Positions 18,347 through 27,437 of a DNA stretch of 64,000 bases are shown piece by piece. Source of the stretch: Minisyncoccia bacterium. GTDB lineage: Bacteria; Patescibacteriota; Minisyncoccia; Phycocordibacterales; UBA6065. Every line of letters begins with the position of its first letter. Within the stretch, counting starts at the first letter, position 1. The translations under genes and the position numbers were made by a program. The notes under the pieces are model-generated. The model was given only the letters and a program-made list of their open reading frames with translations. It made no database searches and was not told the DNA's origin. Location of the stretch: contig JBIIJY010000004.1 of the NCBI GenBank assembly GCA_044233485.1, positions 16,022-80,021 of the forward strand, in the 5' to 3' direction.

Positions 18347-18929
18347 ACTCACTGAACAAACACTTGTAGTCGTAAAACCTGACGGCGTCGAACGAAACCT
18401 CGTTGGCGAAGTCATCGCTCGTTTCGAGCGTGTGGGGCTCAAGATTGTTGGAATGCGTATGTTTGTCCCTACTCAAGAGCTCGTCACGAAGCATTATCTT
18501 ACCGATCCAGAATGGAGACGAAAAGCGGGAGAAAAGGCAATCGCCAATTTCAAAGCCAAGGGACTAACACCACCAGAATCAGATCCAGAGCGCTATGGCG
18601 AAAATGTTCTCCAGAGTCTCGTGACCTATCTCACTCGTGGCCCAGTGGTCGCACTTGTGCTCGAGGGCTTTCATGCGGTCGCGATTGTGAGAAAACTCGT
18701 TGGTTCTACCGAACCGCTCTCTTCTGATGTGGGTACAATCCGTGGGGACTATATGATTGACTCTTATGAACTGTCGACACTTGAAGATCGAAGCATTCAA
18801 AATATTCTTCATGCCTCAGGCAATGTCCAGGAGGCGCAAGGGGAAATTCCGCTGTGGTTTGGAAACGATGCTCTGATCGAGTATCACAATATTCACGACT
18901 CTCATCACGAGAAACGACGAGTTAAATAA
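18336..18929 (+). CDS. ndk: Nucleoside diphosphate kinase (with internal insertion)
   Basis: VVVKPDGVERNLVGEVIARFE...GPVVALVLEG...GTIRGDY...HASGN are NDK motifs. Confidence 0.85.
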   Translation: MKNKLTEQTLVVVKPDGVERNLVGEVIARFERVGLKIVGMRMFVPTQELVTKHYLTDPEWRRKAGEKAIANFKAKGLTPPESDPERYGENVLQSLVTYLTRGPVVALVLEGFHAVAIVRKLVGSTEPLSSDVGTIRGDYMIDSYELSTLEDRSIQNILHASGNVQEAQGEIPLWFGNDALIEYHNIHDSHHEKRRVK

Positions 18930-20760
18930 GTGAACGAGGCTCGACCTCAATCTTGATATACGGGGGAAGTGAGCGAATCCGTTTAGCCAAGTCGCTCTCT
19001 GGCCACGTAGAGGCTTGTATCATAGCTGACAGACTGACTCCGTCTGGATGAGGAACAAATGCTGGATATACCAGTACCTCAGTCGGAGCAATTATTTTTT
19101 GTAATCGTTCCATGTTGGCCTGCACGAATTCTTTGTTACCGGTGATGGTGCACTTTATGAGTGTTGTATAAGGTGGTTGGCTGAATCGTTTACGTGACTC
19201 GAGTTCTTTAGTGACCCACTCTTGATGTGAGTTTGAAATAAAATGAGAGAAGACATCGTATCCTTTCATGCGTGTACTGACTGTCATGGTACGGACGGCA
19301 CAGTTTTGAAGTTTTGTAATCAAGTTGTGAATACGCTCGCTGGTGTGTAGGTCGGGTAGGGAGAGAAGAATATCGTTTTCGAGCCAGTATATATGATCGA
19401 CCGTGCGTGGGAGCACATGAAGCGCAAGCTCAGTGCCACAGAGGATTGAAAATTTCGTTCCCCACTGGGCAAGTGTCTCGGTGAGCGCACTTTCACGGGG
19501 CGTGTGTGTACTGCTAATCATTCCGTAAGGGAGTTTGTATTCTGTGAGAAGTTCGGCAAAGCGCTCAAGCCCTGCTCCGAGTGGGTCAAGGTTCCAGCTC
19601 TCACAGTGTGTACATCGGCGCTCGGCTGTTTCGCGAGTGCCACAGTGTCGGCAAATATAGATACGCCCCTCTGCCTTTTGATGAAGAACGAGAGGGAATC
19701 GGCAGGTTGAACATCGGACGAGCTCGTGACAGTCACGACAGGCGGTGAGTGGGTAGAGCCCTTTCTGCGCTACAAAGATGAAAATACGCTCTCCACGTGC
19801 ACTCTGTTCCTGGAGTTGTTTTTTAAATGTCTCGGAGTTGAGGTAGTCACCGTTCGTGTTATACGCATCAATGCAAAGTCGTCGTGCATCGTCTCTTTGG
19901 CGAAAGGTCAGAGGCTGCGCCTCGACTTCACTGTGCTCGAGTCGTCGTGCATGTCTCTCGATGCTTAAAAAATCTGCACCAAAGTAGAGAGGTGAATTGA
20001 AAGTCTGCGCCACGAACTGCATCAGTCGACGAACATCAAAGTAGGGTGATTTGAGATGGATATAGTTGCGATTACTTTCATCTTCGACGATGAAGCATCG
20101 TCCATGATGGAGCCCGACCAAGAGTCGACTAGGCGTGAGGACGGTCACAGTACCAGAAAGTTTTGTCTGTGCTTCTTTGTATTTTTCTAATTGCTTTTCA
20201 GTTGTTGCGGGGGTAATGCAGAATACTTTCTCTTCAATGCCTTTACGAATATCTTCAAAAATCTGTTCCGCATAGTGACTATTCGGGCAGATAACTAGAG
20301 TGTGAATATGTTTTGAGAGCATCTCCCGGGTGAGAGTGCGGTAAAAGCTAATTCGGTCTTCGTATGGTTTTTGTATATCAAGAACTTCGTAGTGCAGGCC
20401 GTTCGACTCTGATTCACTCGAAGGCTCTTCATCGAGAATATGCTCGACGCCAAGTAGTCGGAGGATCTGTCCTGATGAGCCGAGGTAGTAGTCTGCTGTT
20501 TGCGCCACCGCACTCAGTGCTCGAGAGGCGAGGGTACCAAGCGGAGCTGTTGAGACAACTTTCCGGACGGCAAAATCCTGGGTCTTGAGTTCTTGTTTGA
20601 GGGATCGGGCATCGACCACCTCGAGCACGACAGCCTTGATTGTCTTTTTGCGTAGCGGCACCTCAACGATATCCCCACAGGCAAAAAGAGTGCCTGAAAA
20701 ATAGCTCAGTTGCGCCAGTTCTCGGCTTTTTGAGAGTGGAAGTACGTGCACGAGGTACAT
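18922..20760 (-). CDS. priA: Primosomal protein N' (PriA)-like protein with a degenerate helicase core
   Basis: A PriA-type N-terminal 3'-DNA-binding region (VEVPLRKK..KAVVLEV; YYLGSSGQILRLL) is present. The C-terminal Cys-rich zinc-binding insert (CRDCHELVRCSTC..CRHCG..CTHC) is retained. The Walker A position reads QKPYEDRI instead of GxTGSGKT. The DEEH box is VEDESNRNY. Confidence 0.7.
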   Translation of the reverse strand: MYLVHVLPLSKSRELAQLSYFSGTLFACGDIVEVPLRKKTIKAVVLEVVDARSLKQELKTQDFAVRKVVSTAPLGTLASRALSAVAQTADYYLGSSGQILRLLGVEHILDEEPSSESESNGLHYEVLDIQKPYEDRISFYRTLTREMLSKHIHTLVICPNSHYAEQIFEDIRKGIEEKVFCITPATTEKQLEKYKEAQTKLSGTVTVLTPSRLLVGLHHGRCFIVEDESNRNYIHLKSPYFDVRRLMQFVAQTFNSPLYFGADFLSIERHARRLEHSEVEAQPLTFRQRDDARRLCIDAYNTNGDYLNSETFKKQLQEQSARGERIFIFVAQKGLYPLTACRDCHELVRCSTCRFPLVLHQKAEGRIYICRHCGTRETAERRCTHCESWNLDPLGAGLERFAELLTEYKLPYGMISSTHTPRESALTETLAQWGTKFSILCGTELALHVLPRTVDHIYWLENDILLSLPDLHTSERIHNLITKLQNCAVRTMTVSTRMKGYDVFSHFISNSHQEWVTKELESRKRFSQPPYTTLIKCTITGNKEFVQANMERLQKIIAPTEVLVYPAFVPHPDGVSLSAMIQASTWPESDLAKRIRSLPPYIKIEVEPRSLI

Positions 20761-20871
20761 ACTCCTATTGTATGACAGTCTCTATCGGCTTGTCAGTTGC
20801 GCGAGTCCGTATTTATCGGTCAGTATTCACAGAAGCAATTTAAGCGATTCCTACACTGGTATTATGGGGGT

Positions 20872-22077
20872 ATGAAAGAACGTAGCATGGAAGATCTTCC
20901 TGCTTTCGTCAAAGGTGTGGTCACAACGGCACAGCTTGTTGATTCTCTTATTGTTGATGCATTCGGGAAACATTCTTCGGATATTCACATTGACCCGCAT
21001 AAAGAAGGGTTGCTTGTTCGCTATCGCATCGATGGGTTACTTGAGAAAGCTTTCCTACTCACGCGTACTCGTCAGGACGAAGTGATTTCCCGTATCAAAC
21101 TTCTCTCAGGAGTGCGTATCGACGAGCATTTTCGTCCGCAAGATGGCCGGTTTACTTTTTCTTCTGAAGGAGTGATGCTTGATATTCGGGCAACGTTTGG
21201 AAAATCACTTAATGGAGAGTACATAGTACTTAGATTACTTGGCAAAAAACTGCATGGAGATTCTCTTTGTGTGCTCGGCTTTTCTCAAAAACAAATTGAA
21301 CTCATCAATCGACAGCTCGCGCGTCTCTCGGGCCTCATCGTAGTGGCTGGTCCTACAGGATCTGGAAAAACTACGACACTCTACACACTCCTTACGCAAT
21401 TAGTCGATTCGACTCGCTCAATGATCTCCATCGAAGATCCGATAGAGTATGAGTTGGCTGGTGTCAGGCAAATACAAGTACAGAATTCACTTGGTCTAGA
21501 TTTCGCTTCAAATCTTCGTTCAGTATTACGCCAAGATCCAGATGTGATCATGGTGGGGGAAATACGGGATGAGGAGACTGCGCGTATTGCAGTGCATGCC
21601 GGTCTCACTGGGCACTTGGTACTGACAACGCTTCACGCTGAATCCGCCGGGGCAATCATTCCTCGGCTTTTTGATATGGGTGTCCCTCCGTATATACTCG
21701 CCTCCACACTGCGTCTAGCTCTCTCACAGAGGCTTGTACGAAAGCATTGCTCAGGGTGCCGCTACGAGGTGGGTGTGTCGAGTGAATATCACGAGCTTAT
21801 GGAAAAGCTAGGGCTTGCAAAACGCGACTTCTATCACAAAACCAAGGGGTGTGATCTGTGTCGTGGAACGGGTATTGCTGGACGAATGGTTATCTCTGAG
21901 CTGATACCAATAACCGAGGTCGAGCAACATATGATTACGGAGCGTCGCTCACAGAGGGATTTTACTAATCAGATTGTGCGAACGACGGGAACTTCTTTTA
22001 TCAATGATGGAATTGAAAAGGTTCATGCTGGAGATGTTGATTTTGATGAGTGCATTCGAGTGATTTATGAAACATAA
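20872..22077 (+). CDS. pilB: Type IV pilus / type II secretion assembly ATPase (PilB/GspE family, short form)
   Basis: It has Walker A GPTGSGKTTT, the Asp box, Walker B VIMVGEIRD, a His box, and a C-terminal tetracysteine motif (CSGCRYE..CDLCRGTG). The start at 20872 is chosen over the TTG at 20797. Confidence 0.85.
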   Translation: MKERSMEDLPAFVKGVVTTAQLVDSLIVDAFGKHSSDIHIDPHKEGLLVRYRIDGLLEKAFLLTRTRQDEVISRIKLLSGVRIDEHFRPQDGRFTFSSEGVMLDIRATFGKSLNGEYIVLRLLGKKLHGDSLCVLGFSQKQIELINRQLARLSGLIVVAGPTGSGKTTTLYTLLTQLVDSTRSMISIEDPIEYELAGVRQIQVQNSLGLDFASNLRSVLRQDPDVIMVGEIRDEETARIAVHAGLTGHLVLTTLHAESAGAIIPRLFDMGVPPYILASTLRLALSQRLVRKHCSGCRYEVGVSSEYHELMEKLGLAKRDFYHKTKGCDLCRGTGIAGRMVISELIPITEVEQHMITERRSQRDFTNQIVRTTGTSFINDGIEKVHAGDVDFDECIRVIYET

Positions 22078-23098
22078 AATAAGTACACAACAGAGTACTG
22101 TCTTCCTGGAAAACTTTGTTCAAGCCTACACCCACGGATATACAATTCCACAAGTCCTTCGTCTGGTGGCTAAAGGATCCCGTGCTCAAGCTGATTTGGC
22201 TGAGGCGGTGAGTCGTCAGGTGGAGTCGGGCGGTTCTCTTACTCGGGCGCTTGCAAATGTCGGTGTGGTTCATGCTCGTGAACTACCACTCGTAACTCTC
22301 GGTGAGCAATCGGGCGAGTATATGCCAGTGCTGACCTATATTATTGAATCGCGAAAGAAGCGTAGGAGTTTTCTTGGAGAGCTTGGTGTGCTCTTGCTGT
22401 ATCCAAGTATTGTAGGTGTTCTTATGAGTGGGGTATGTATTTTTATAATGACGGCAATTATACCGTCTCTCGTGCGCGTGTTTTCTGGTATGAATGTCGT
22501 CTTGCCACTACACACTCGACTTCTGATTTGGTTTTCTGAACATGTATGGATAGTTTTCTCGGTGGGTGTGCTAAGTGTCCTCGTGGTCACTGGCACCTTG
22601 TATATTTACTTCAGGTCGCACTCTTCTTGCAGGATGATTGAGTATATATTTCGCATACCAATTATCGGTGGGCTGGTCCAGAATATGTATGCTCAAGTGA
22701 TTATTCGAGCGTGTATGACAGCTCTCGGACTACCGATCTCGCTTACCTCGAGCCTTGAACGGCTCAAAGTCGGAGTAGATTCCTATTCAGCTATACAGTT
22801 CAGTTCTATTCAGTCTTCGCTTGAGCGTGGGACGAGACTCTCGGAGTCTCTGCAGTCACTCTCTTGTATCAAACCGGCGTATGCTCTACAGATATGTTTT
22901 GGAGAAGAGACTGGTCGACTGCGTTCAGTTCTTGATATTGTGCAAAAGACAATCGAACAAGAGAATGCTCGATACATCAAGCTCTTTACTAAACTCTGCG
23001 AGCCGCTACTGATGATCGCACTGGGTGCCGGAGTTATTTTTATTGCTTCAGCGGTACTCACTCCGCTCTATGAAATCACTCGACATGTCAAAAGATAA
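22067..23098 (+). CDS. pilC: Type IV pilus inner-membrane platform protein (PilC/GspF family)
   Basis: It shows T2SS-F domain features and three TM segments. It overlaps the pilB stop by 11 nt, suggesting translational coupling. Confidence 0.75.
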   Translation: MKHKISTQQSTVFLENFVQAYTHGYTIPQVLRLVAKGSRAQADLAEAVSRQVESGGSLTRALANVGVVHARELPLVTLGEQSGEYMPVLTYIIESRKKRRSFLGELGVLLLYPSIVGVLMSGVCIFIMTAIIPSLVRVFSGMNVVLPLHTRLLIWFSEHVWIVFSVGVLSVLVVTGTLYIYFRSHSSCRMIEYIFRIPIIGGLVQNMYAQVIIRACMTALGLPISLTSSLERLKVGVDSYSAIQFSSIQSSLERGTRLSESLQSLSCIKPAYALQICFGEETGRLRSVLDIVQKTIEQENARYIKLFTKLCEPLLMIALGAGVIFIASAVLTPLYEITRHVKR

Positions 23099-23453
23099 AC
23101 TTGCCGGATTTACCTTGGTCGAGGTGGTACTGACCGTAGTGCTCGTGAGTGGAGTAATGATGATGGTTGCTCTGTATGCGCGCAACTTGTCCAGACTCCT
23201 TTTTACAAATGAGATAGAGAGCTTCATTACGCTCCTTGAGAGTAAGCGATTAGAAGCACAGGTATATCCTGTGCAACTCGTGTGTTCTAATCGAACGGTC
23301 ATGTCTGAGGTGCAGTTAGTTTTTACTTTTGCACACCATGACTGTGTCGGCGGGACGACCTTTCCGAAAAATTCAACTTCAACATTTAGACTGAGCGGTC
23401 AGACCGAGCAGGTAATACTTATTTCTCCCCATGGGATACTTTCGATTGAATAG
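23085..23453 (+). CDS. Prepilin-type N-terminal cleavage/methylation domain protein (pseudopilin 1)
   Basis: The N-terminus MSKDKLAGFTLVEVVLTVVLV has the G|FTLVE class III signal motif. Confidence 0.75.
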   Translation: MSKDKLAGFTLVEVVLTVVLVSGVMMMVALYARNLSRLLFTNEIESFITLLESKRLEAQVYPVQLVCSNRTVMSEVQLVFTFAHHDCVGGTTFPKNSTSTFRLSGQTEQVILISPHGILSIE

Positions 23454-24696
23454 TAATGGCTTCGTCACATTAGATGCACTCTGTGCACTCACTGTGCTAC
23501 TTATCTTGTTTGTGCTTGTTGTCTCACTCGGGTCTCCAGTAGTTATGAATACAAGACTTCTCGAGAGGCTAGATCTGGATACTTCACTGCGTATGTCGTC
23601 GGCAAGTAAAGATAATTTCTATACTGTACATGACCCTCGAGCTGAGTTTAGAAGTAAGATCCTGGGGCTCTACGAGGTCGTTCATGATACTGAAGTGTTT
23701 AGAGTGCACGTGGGAGTGGACGAATTGAGTCGAAGTAAATTTTGCCAATTTACTTTTTCAAAGCCCTACACGGTTTCTTTAATTCGTGAATTTCCTTCTA
23801 GTGCTCTGCCAGTCGATGCGCTGCTTTTTGATACTGATCTGTTTATTGCTACTGACGCCACCTCAACCTTCAGCGATCCTGATTTATTTCGATTCAAGAA
23901 AGAAAGAGATAGGTATGAGCTTGTAAGTAGTATAGATACTGGTTATGGAAGTGCACGACTGGTATATCACCAAGGGTTAATTCATGTGGCACAAAATTTT
24001 GCCTCGCATCAGTTCGATATAGTTAATTATCGAAGTCCTCAGTTACCGTATATTATCTCTCAAGTGAAACTGCCTGGTTCTGTAGTCGCTCGGGGAAAAT
24101 CAATTATTCGTATTGGATCGTATGTCTATATCGGAACGACGCATAATCCAGATGGTCCAGAACTTTTTGCCTACGATCTCAGTGGTGAAGAAGTGAAGTT
24201 TATTGATTCACTGGAAATCGGTGGCAGTGTAAATGATCTTGCGAGTGCAAATCAGACTATTTTTGCTGCGACGACGTATCGTGATGGTGAATTGATGTTG
24301 ATTGCACTTGATCGGGCGACAGGTGAATTTAAAGAGGTGATGTATCGAGATATTGCTCGAGGGAGTGGGAGTGTGCGGACACTTGGGGTTTCTGCCGAAT
24401 CTATTTTGGTGGGGCTGACGGTGGGTACGAATGAGTTAAAACGAGTTGATCATGCTGGGCAAGTGCTGATTGAGCGAGACCTTGATACTACTGTTGATGA
24501 TGTGGTGACTACGAATACTGGCTGGATTGTAGCAATTAATTGGACTGGCGAAGAGATACAAGAAATCAATCCTAGTTTAGATGTCCTACATACCATCTCG
24601 CTTGGTTCTCGTATCAAAGCCTTGCGTTGCCACAAAAATGAACTGCTTGTGATTAGTAATAATTCACCGGAGATTCGTCTCTATTCAAACCCATGA
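23431..24696 (+). CDS. Large prepilin-like protein (421 aa), putative minor pilin / tip-associated protein
   Basis: The N-terminus ...NSNGFVTLDALCALTVLLILFVLVV is prepilin-like, with Asp at +5. The rest of the protein looks beta-rich. Confidence 0.55.
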   Translation: MGYFRLNSNGFVTLDALCALTVLLILFVLVVSLGSPVVMNTRLLERLDLDTSLRMSSASKDNFYTVHDPRAEFRSKILGLYEVVHDTEVFRVHVGVDELSRSKFCQFTFSKPYTVSLIREFPSSALPVDALLFDTDLFIATDATSTFSDPDLFRFKKERDRYELVSSIDTGYGSARLVYHQGLIHVAQNFASHQFDIVNYRSPQLPYIISQVKLPGSVVARGKSIIRIGSYVYIGTTHNPDGPELFAYDLSGEEVKFIDSLEIGGSVNDLASANQTIFAATTYRDGELMLIALDRATGEFKEVMYRDIARGSGSVRTLGVSAESILVGLTVGTNELKRVDHAGQVLIERDLDTTVDDVVTTNTGWIVAINWTGEEIQEINPSLDVLHTISLGSRIKALRCHKNELLVISNNSPEIRLYSNP

Positions 24697-25079
24697 AAGG
24701 CTTCTCACTTGTTGAAACAATGCTCTATATTGTCTTCACGACTACGATCATCATGACTCTCGGTCAGGTGATAATGCTTGCTATTTATAAAACCGACTAT
24801 CCACAATTAGTGTATGCACTGACGACTCTGCGTGAGTACTCGAAGTCTGTCGAATACTCTGACTTCTCGGTCAGTACGAGCTCACTTTCTGTGAGTACGT
24901 CCACTGGAGTAGTTTTGTTCACCTGCGACGCTTATGGCCTACGTATTCGAGATGTATATTCCACCTCAGTACTCATGTCGTCCCCGTTTCAGTGTGAATT
25001 TGGTTCAGTTCCTGAGAGTAGGTTTGTATATATTAAATACAGCTATCAAGACACTCTCTACAAATATGCAATTAAATAG
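24693..25079 (+). CDS. Prepilin-type N-terminal domain protein (pseudopilin 3)
   Basis: MKGFSLVETMLYIVFTTTII carries the G|FSLVE motif. Confidence 0.75.
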   Translation: MKGFSLVETMLYIVFTTTIIMTLGQVIMLAIYKTDYPQLVYALTTLREYSKSVEYSDFSVSTSSLSVSTSTGVVLFTCDAYGLRIRDVYSTSVLMSSPFQCEFGSVPESRFVYIKYSYQDTLYKYAIK

Positions 25080-25425
25080 ACCAATAAAAGTAACGAGTGG
25101 TTTTGCACTCACATCGCTCGTGTTCATAGCAACAATACTCTCTGCCGCACTCGTAGTTGGGAATTTCGAGAGGCGAGTCCTTGAAATTAAGTCGGATCAA
25201 ACCCTTGAAGATATGTTCATCGCTACGCTCGATCTTCAAAACTGTCAGCAGTACCTCTATTATGAACTCCTTACCGACACGCTCAGTATTGGCGACGATC
25301 TGTCTGGGTGTAGGGTGGTCTCGCTCACGCAAGACGAACATGTGCTTTCCGTTTCGGTAGAAAAGAATGCCCGAGTGTATCGGTATGAGTTTGAAAAGAA
25401 GTATGCTTCGTGGGAAGTTCGATAG
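25066..25425 (+). CDS. Degenerate prepilin-like protein (pseudopilin 4)
   Basis: ...KVTSGFALTSLVFIATILSAALVV is hydrophobic and pilin-like, but position +5 is Ser rather than Glu. Confidence 0.5.
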   Translation: MQLNRPIKVTSGFALTSLVFIATILSAALVVGNFERRVLEIKSDQTLEDMFIATLDLQNCQQYLYYELLTDTLSIGDDLSGCRVVSLTQDEHVLSVSVEKNARVYRYEFEKKYASWEVR

Positions 25426-25495
25426 TTATTCACCGTGCATTTTTTGCATCTTTTTTAAGGAGTAGGATAGAGGTGTATCAATAAAAATTAAGATA

Positions 25496-25972
25496 ATGAA
25501 ACAAGTAGTATGCCCGCGGAGAATGTATCAAGGTTTTACGTTGGTGGAACTTGCGATCGTGATGGCCGTACTCGCCATACTCGCATCGATAGTCATTGTC
25601 GGTATTAATCCCACTCATCAGCTCAAATCTGCTCGTGATGCGCAGCGTGTCAGTCATGTTGCCGCGATCTCAGCAGCGGTAAATCAAAACATTTTACAGC
25701 ATCGAGGGGTGTATAAATGTAGTGGGGTAGAAGTGCCGCTTCCGACTTCTACGACGACTATCAGTAGTGAGAGTGGTGGATTCCCGATCGGCTGTCTCGT
25801 CCCTAATTATCTCTCAGCGATTCCGATAGATCCAAATCGAGCTGGAGCTACCTATACTGCAACAACGACGTATAATACACAGTATCAGATTATTAAAGAA
25901 TCAGATGGGCGAGTGAGTGTGTGGGCGGTGCCTGAGGTGGAGGGTGCCGACCCGATACGAGTGACTCGTTAG
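25496..25972 (+). CDS. pilA: Type IV pilin (probable major pilin)
   Basis: ...YQGFTLVELAIVMAVLAILASIVIVGI is a canonical class III signal peptide with a hydrophobic alpha1 helix. The mature start could be reached from either the M at 25496 or the M at 25523. Confidence 0.8.
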   Translation: MKQVVCPRRMYQGFTLVELAIVMAVLAILASIVIVGINPTHQLKSARDAQRVSHVAAISAAVNQNILQHRGVYKCSGVEVPLPTSTTTISSESGGFPIGCLVPNYLSAIPIDPNRAGATYTATTTYNTQYQIIKESDGRVSVWAVPEVEGADPIRVTR

Positions 25973-25973
25973 T

Positions 25974-26021
25974 CACTTCACAGCAAAAAATCCCCTCACG
26001 GGGATTTTTTGCTGTGAAGTG
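25974..26021 (+). terminator. Perfect 22-bp inverted repeat with 4-nt loop; the inner part is a bidirectional rho-independent terminator
   Basis: cacttcacagcaaaaaatcccc-tcac-ggggattttttgctgtgaagtg, read directly. It lies between pilA and murA. Confidence 0.7.
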
Positions 26022-26054
26022 CTCGAAACGCGCAAGAGTCGATACAATACTCGT

Positions 26055-27356
26055 ATGAATTCAGAAACCGTACTCAAAGTAACTGGTTGTGGCGGAAAAA
26101 AGTCCCTACAGGGACGAGTCCAGATCAATGGTGCAAAAAATGCACTCTTGCCAGCATTAGCGAGCAGTCTACTCTTTGCCGGTGATATGAAGATCACTAA
26201 TGCACCGATCACCGAAGATACACATCGAATGAAAGAGGTGATGGAGCCTCTCGGTGTTTCATTTGATATTTCTGGCGAACATGAGATAACCCTAAACTCA
26301 GACGGGCTTCGTTCAGGAAAGCTTTCAAAGGAAGTCGCGACAAAAATGCGTGCCTCAGTAGTCTTGACCGGCCCACTGCTCGCTCGAATCGGTCGAGTGG
26401 TGTTTCCTCAGCCGGGCGGGTGTGTGATCGGTGCTCGCCCGATCGATCAGTTTATCGAAGGGTATCAAAGACTCGGGGCTCGAGTGGTCTATACAAAAGA
26501 TGCATATGTGATGACCGCTCCACCGGGTGGACTACGCGGTGCAGATATTTTTTTCAAAGTGCAGACGGTGACCGGTACCTCGGCGCTCATGATGACCGCT
26601 CTTCTTGCAAAAGGAGTGACACGACTTTCAAACTGTGCACTTGAACCAGAGATCACAAGCTTGGCGGAGTATCTCGTGTCGTGTGGAGCACAGATCAAAG
26701 GAATCGGCACAACGACACTGACGATTACTGGTGGAAAACTTCTCAAGGCAAAGAAACCTTACGTCACTATTCCAGATCGAATTGAGACGGGAAGTTTCCT
26801 CCTCCTCGGAGCACTGACGTGTAAAAATCTTGCAATAGAAAATTGTCGTCCAGATCACGTAGAAATCCTCACTTCATACCTACAAGAAGCTGGTGTCCCG
26901 ATCGAGATTGAAAAGCAGACACTTCGAATCGTGAATAATACAAAACCAAACTTCTCATTCAAGAATTTTAATGTGCGAACACACGAGTATCCCGGCTTTC
27001 CGACAGACCTTCAGCCGATCGTTGTTGCGTTCCTTGCTCTGGTAAAAGGGGAGTCAAATTTATTCGAAACTATCTATGAAGGCCGACTCAAGTACACAGG
27101 TGATTTGATTCAAATGGGAGCTTCAATCCAGATTACCTCGGCTCGAGAGCTTGTCGTCACGGGTGTAAAAAAACTACAAGGAACAACACTGATGGCGCAC
27201 GATATTCGAGCTGGCTTCGCTGTGCTCATGGCCGCCCTCGTCGCTTCAGGACAGTCTACGATTCATGGAGTCTACTTTATTGATCGCGGATACGAGGCGA
27301 TAGAAAAGCGACTTCAGGCCCTCGGGGCGAGAATAGAGCGAATCCAGGCGAAGTAG
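26055..27356 (+). CDS. murA: UDP-N-acetylglucosamine 1-carboxyvinyltransferase
   Basis: LKVTGCGGKKSLQGRVQINGAKNA... shows the EPSP-synthase fold. The catalytic Cys-to-Asp region is conserved in layout. Confidence 0.9.
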   Translation: MNSETVLKVTGCGGKKSLQGRVQINGAKNALLPALASSLLFAGDMKITNAPITEDTHRMKEVMEPLGVSFDISGEHEITLNSDGLRSGKLSKEVATKMRASVVLTGPLLARIGRVVFPQPGGCVIGARPIDQFIEGYQRLGARVVYTKDAYVMTAPPGGLRGADIFFKVQTVTGTSALMMTALLAKGVTRLSNCALEPEITSLAEYLVSCGAQIKGIGTTTLTITGGKLLKAKKPYVTIPDRIETGSFLLLGALTCKNLAIENCRPDHVEILTSYLQEAGVPIEIEKQTLRIVNNTKPNFSFKNFNVRTHEYPGFPTDLQPIVVAFLALVKGESNLFETIYEGRLKYTGDLIQMGASIQITSARELVVTGVKKLQGTTLMAHDIRAGFAVLMAALVASGQSTIHGVYFIDRGYEAIEKRLQALGARIERIQAK

Positions 27357-27437
27357 TATCGTCTGTGTACTGTATTTCAATAAATACGATACTCTCTGGC
27401 AAGTGCGCGAACGACCGTTTCAAGGTATCCTTGAGCC

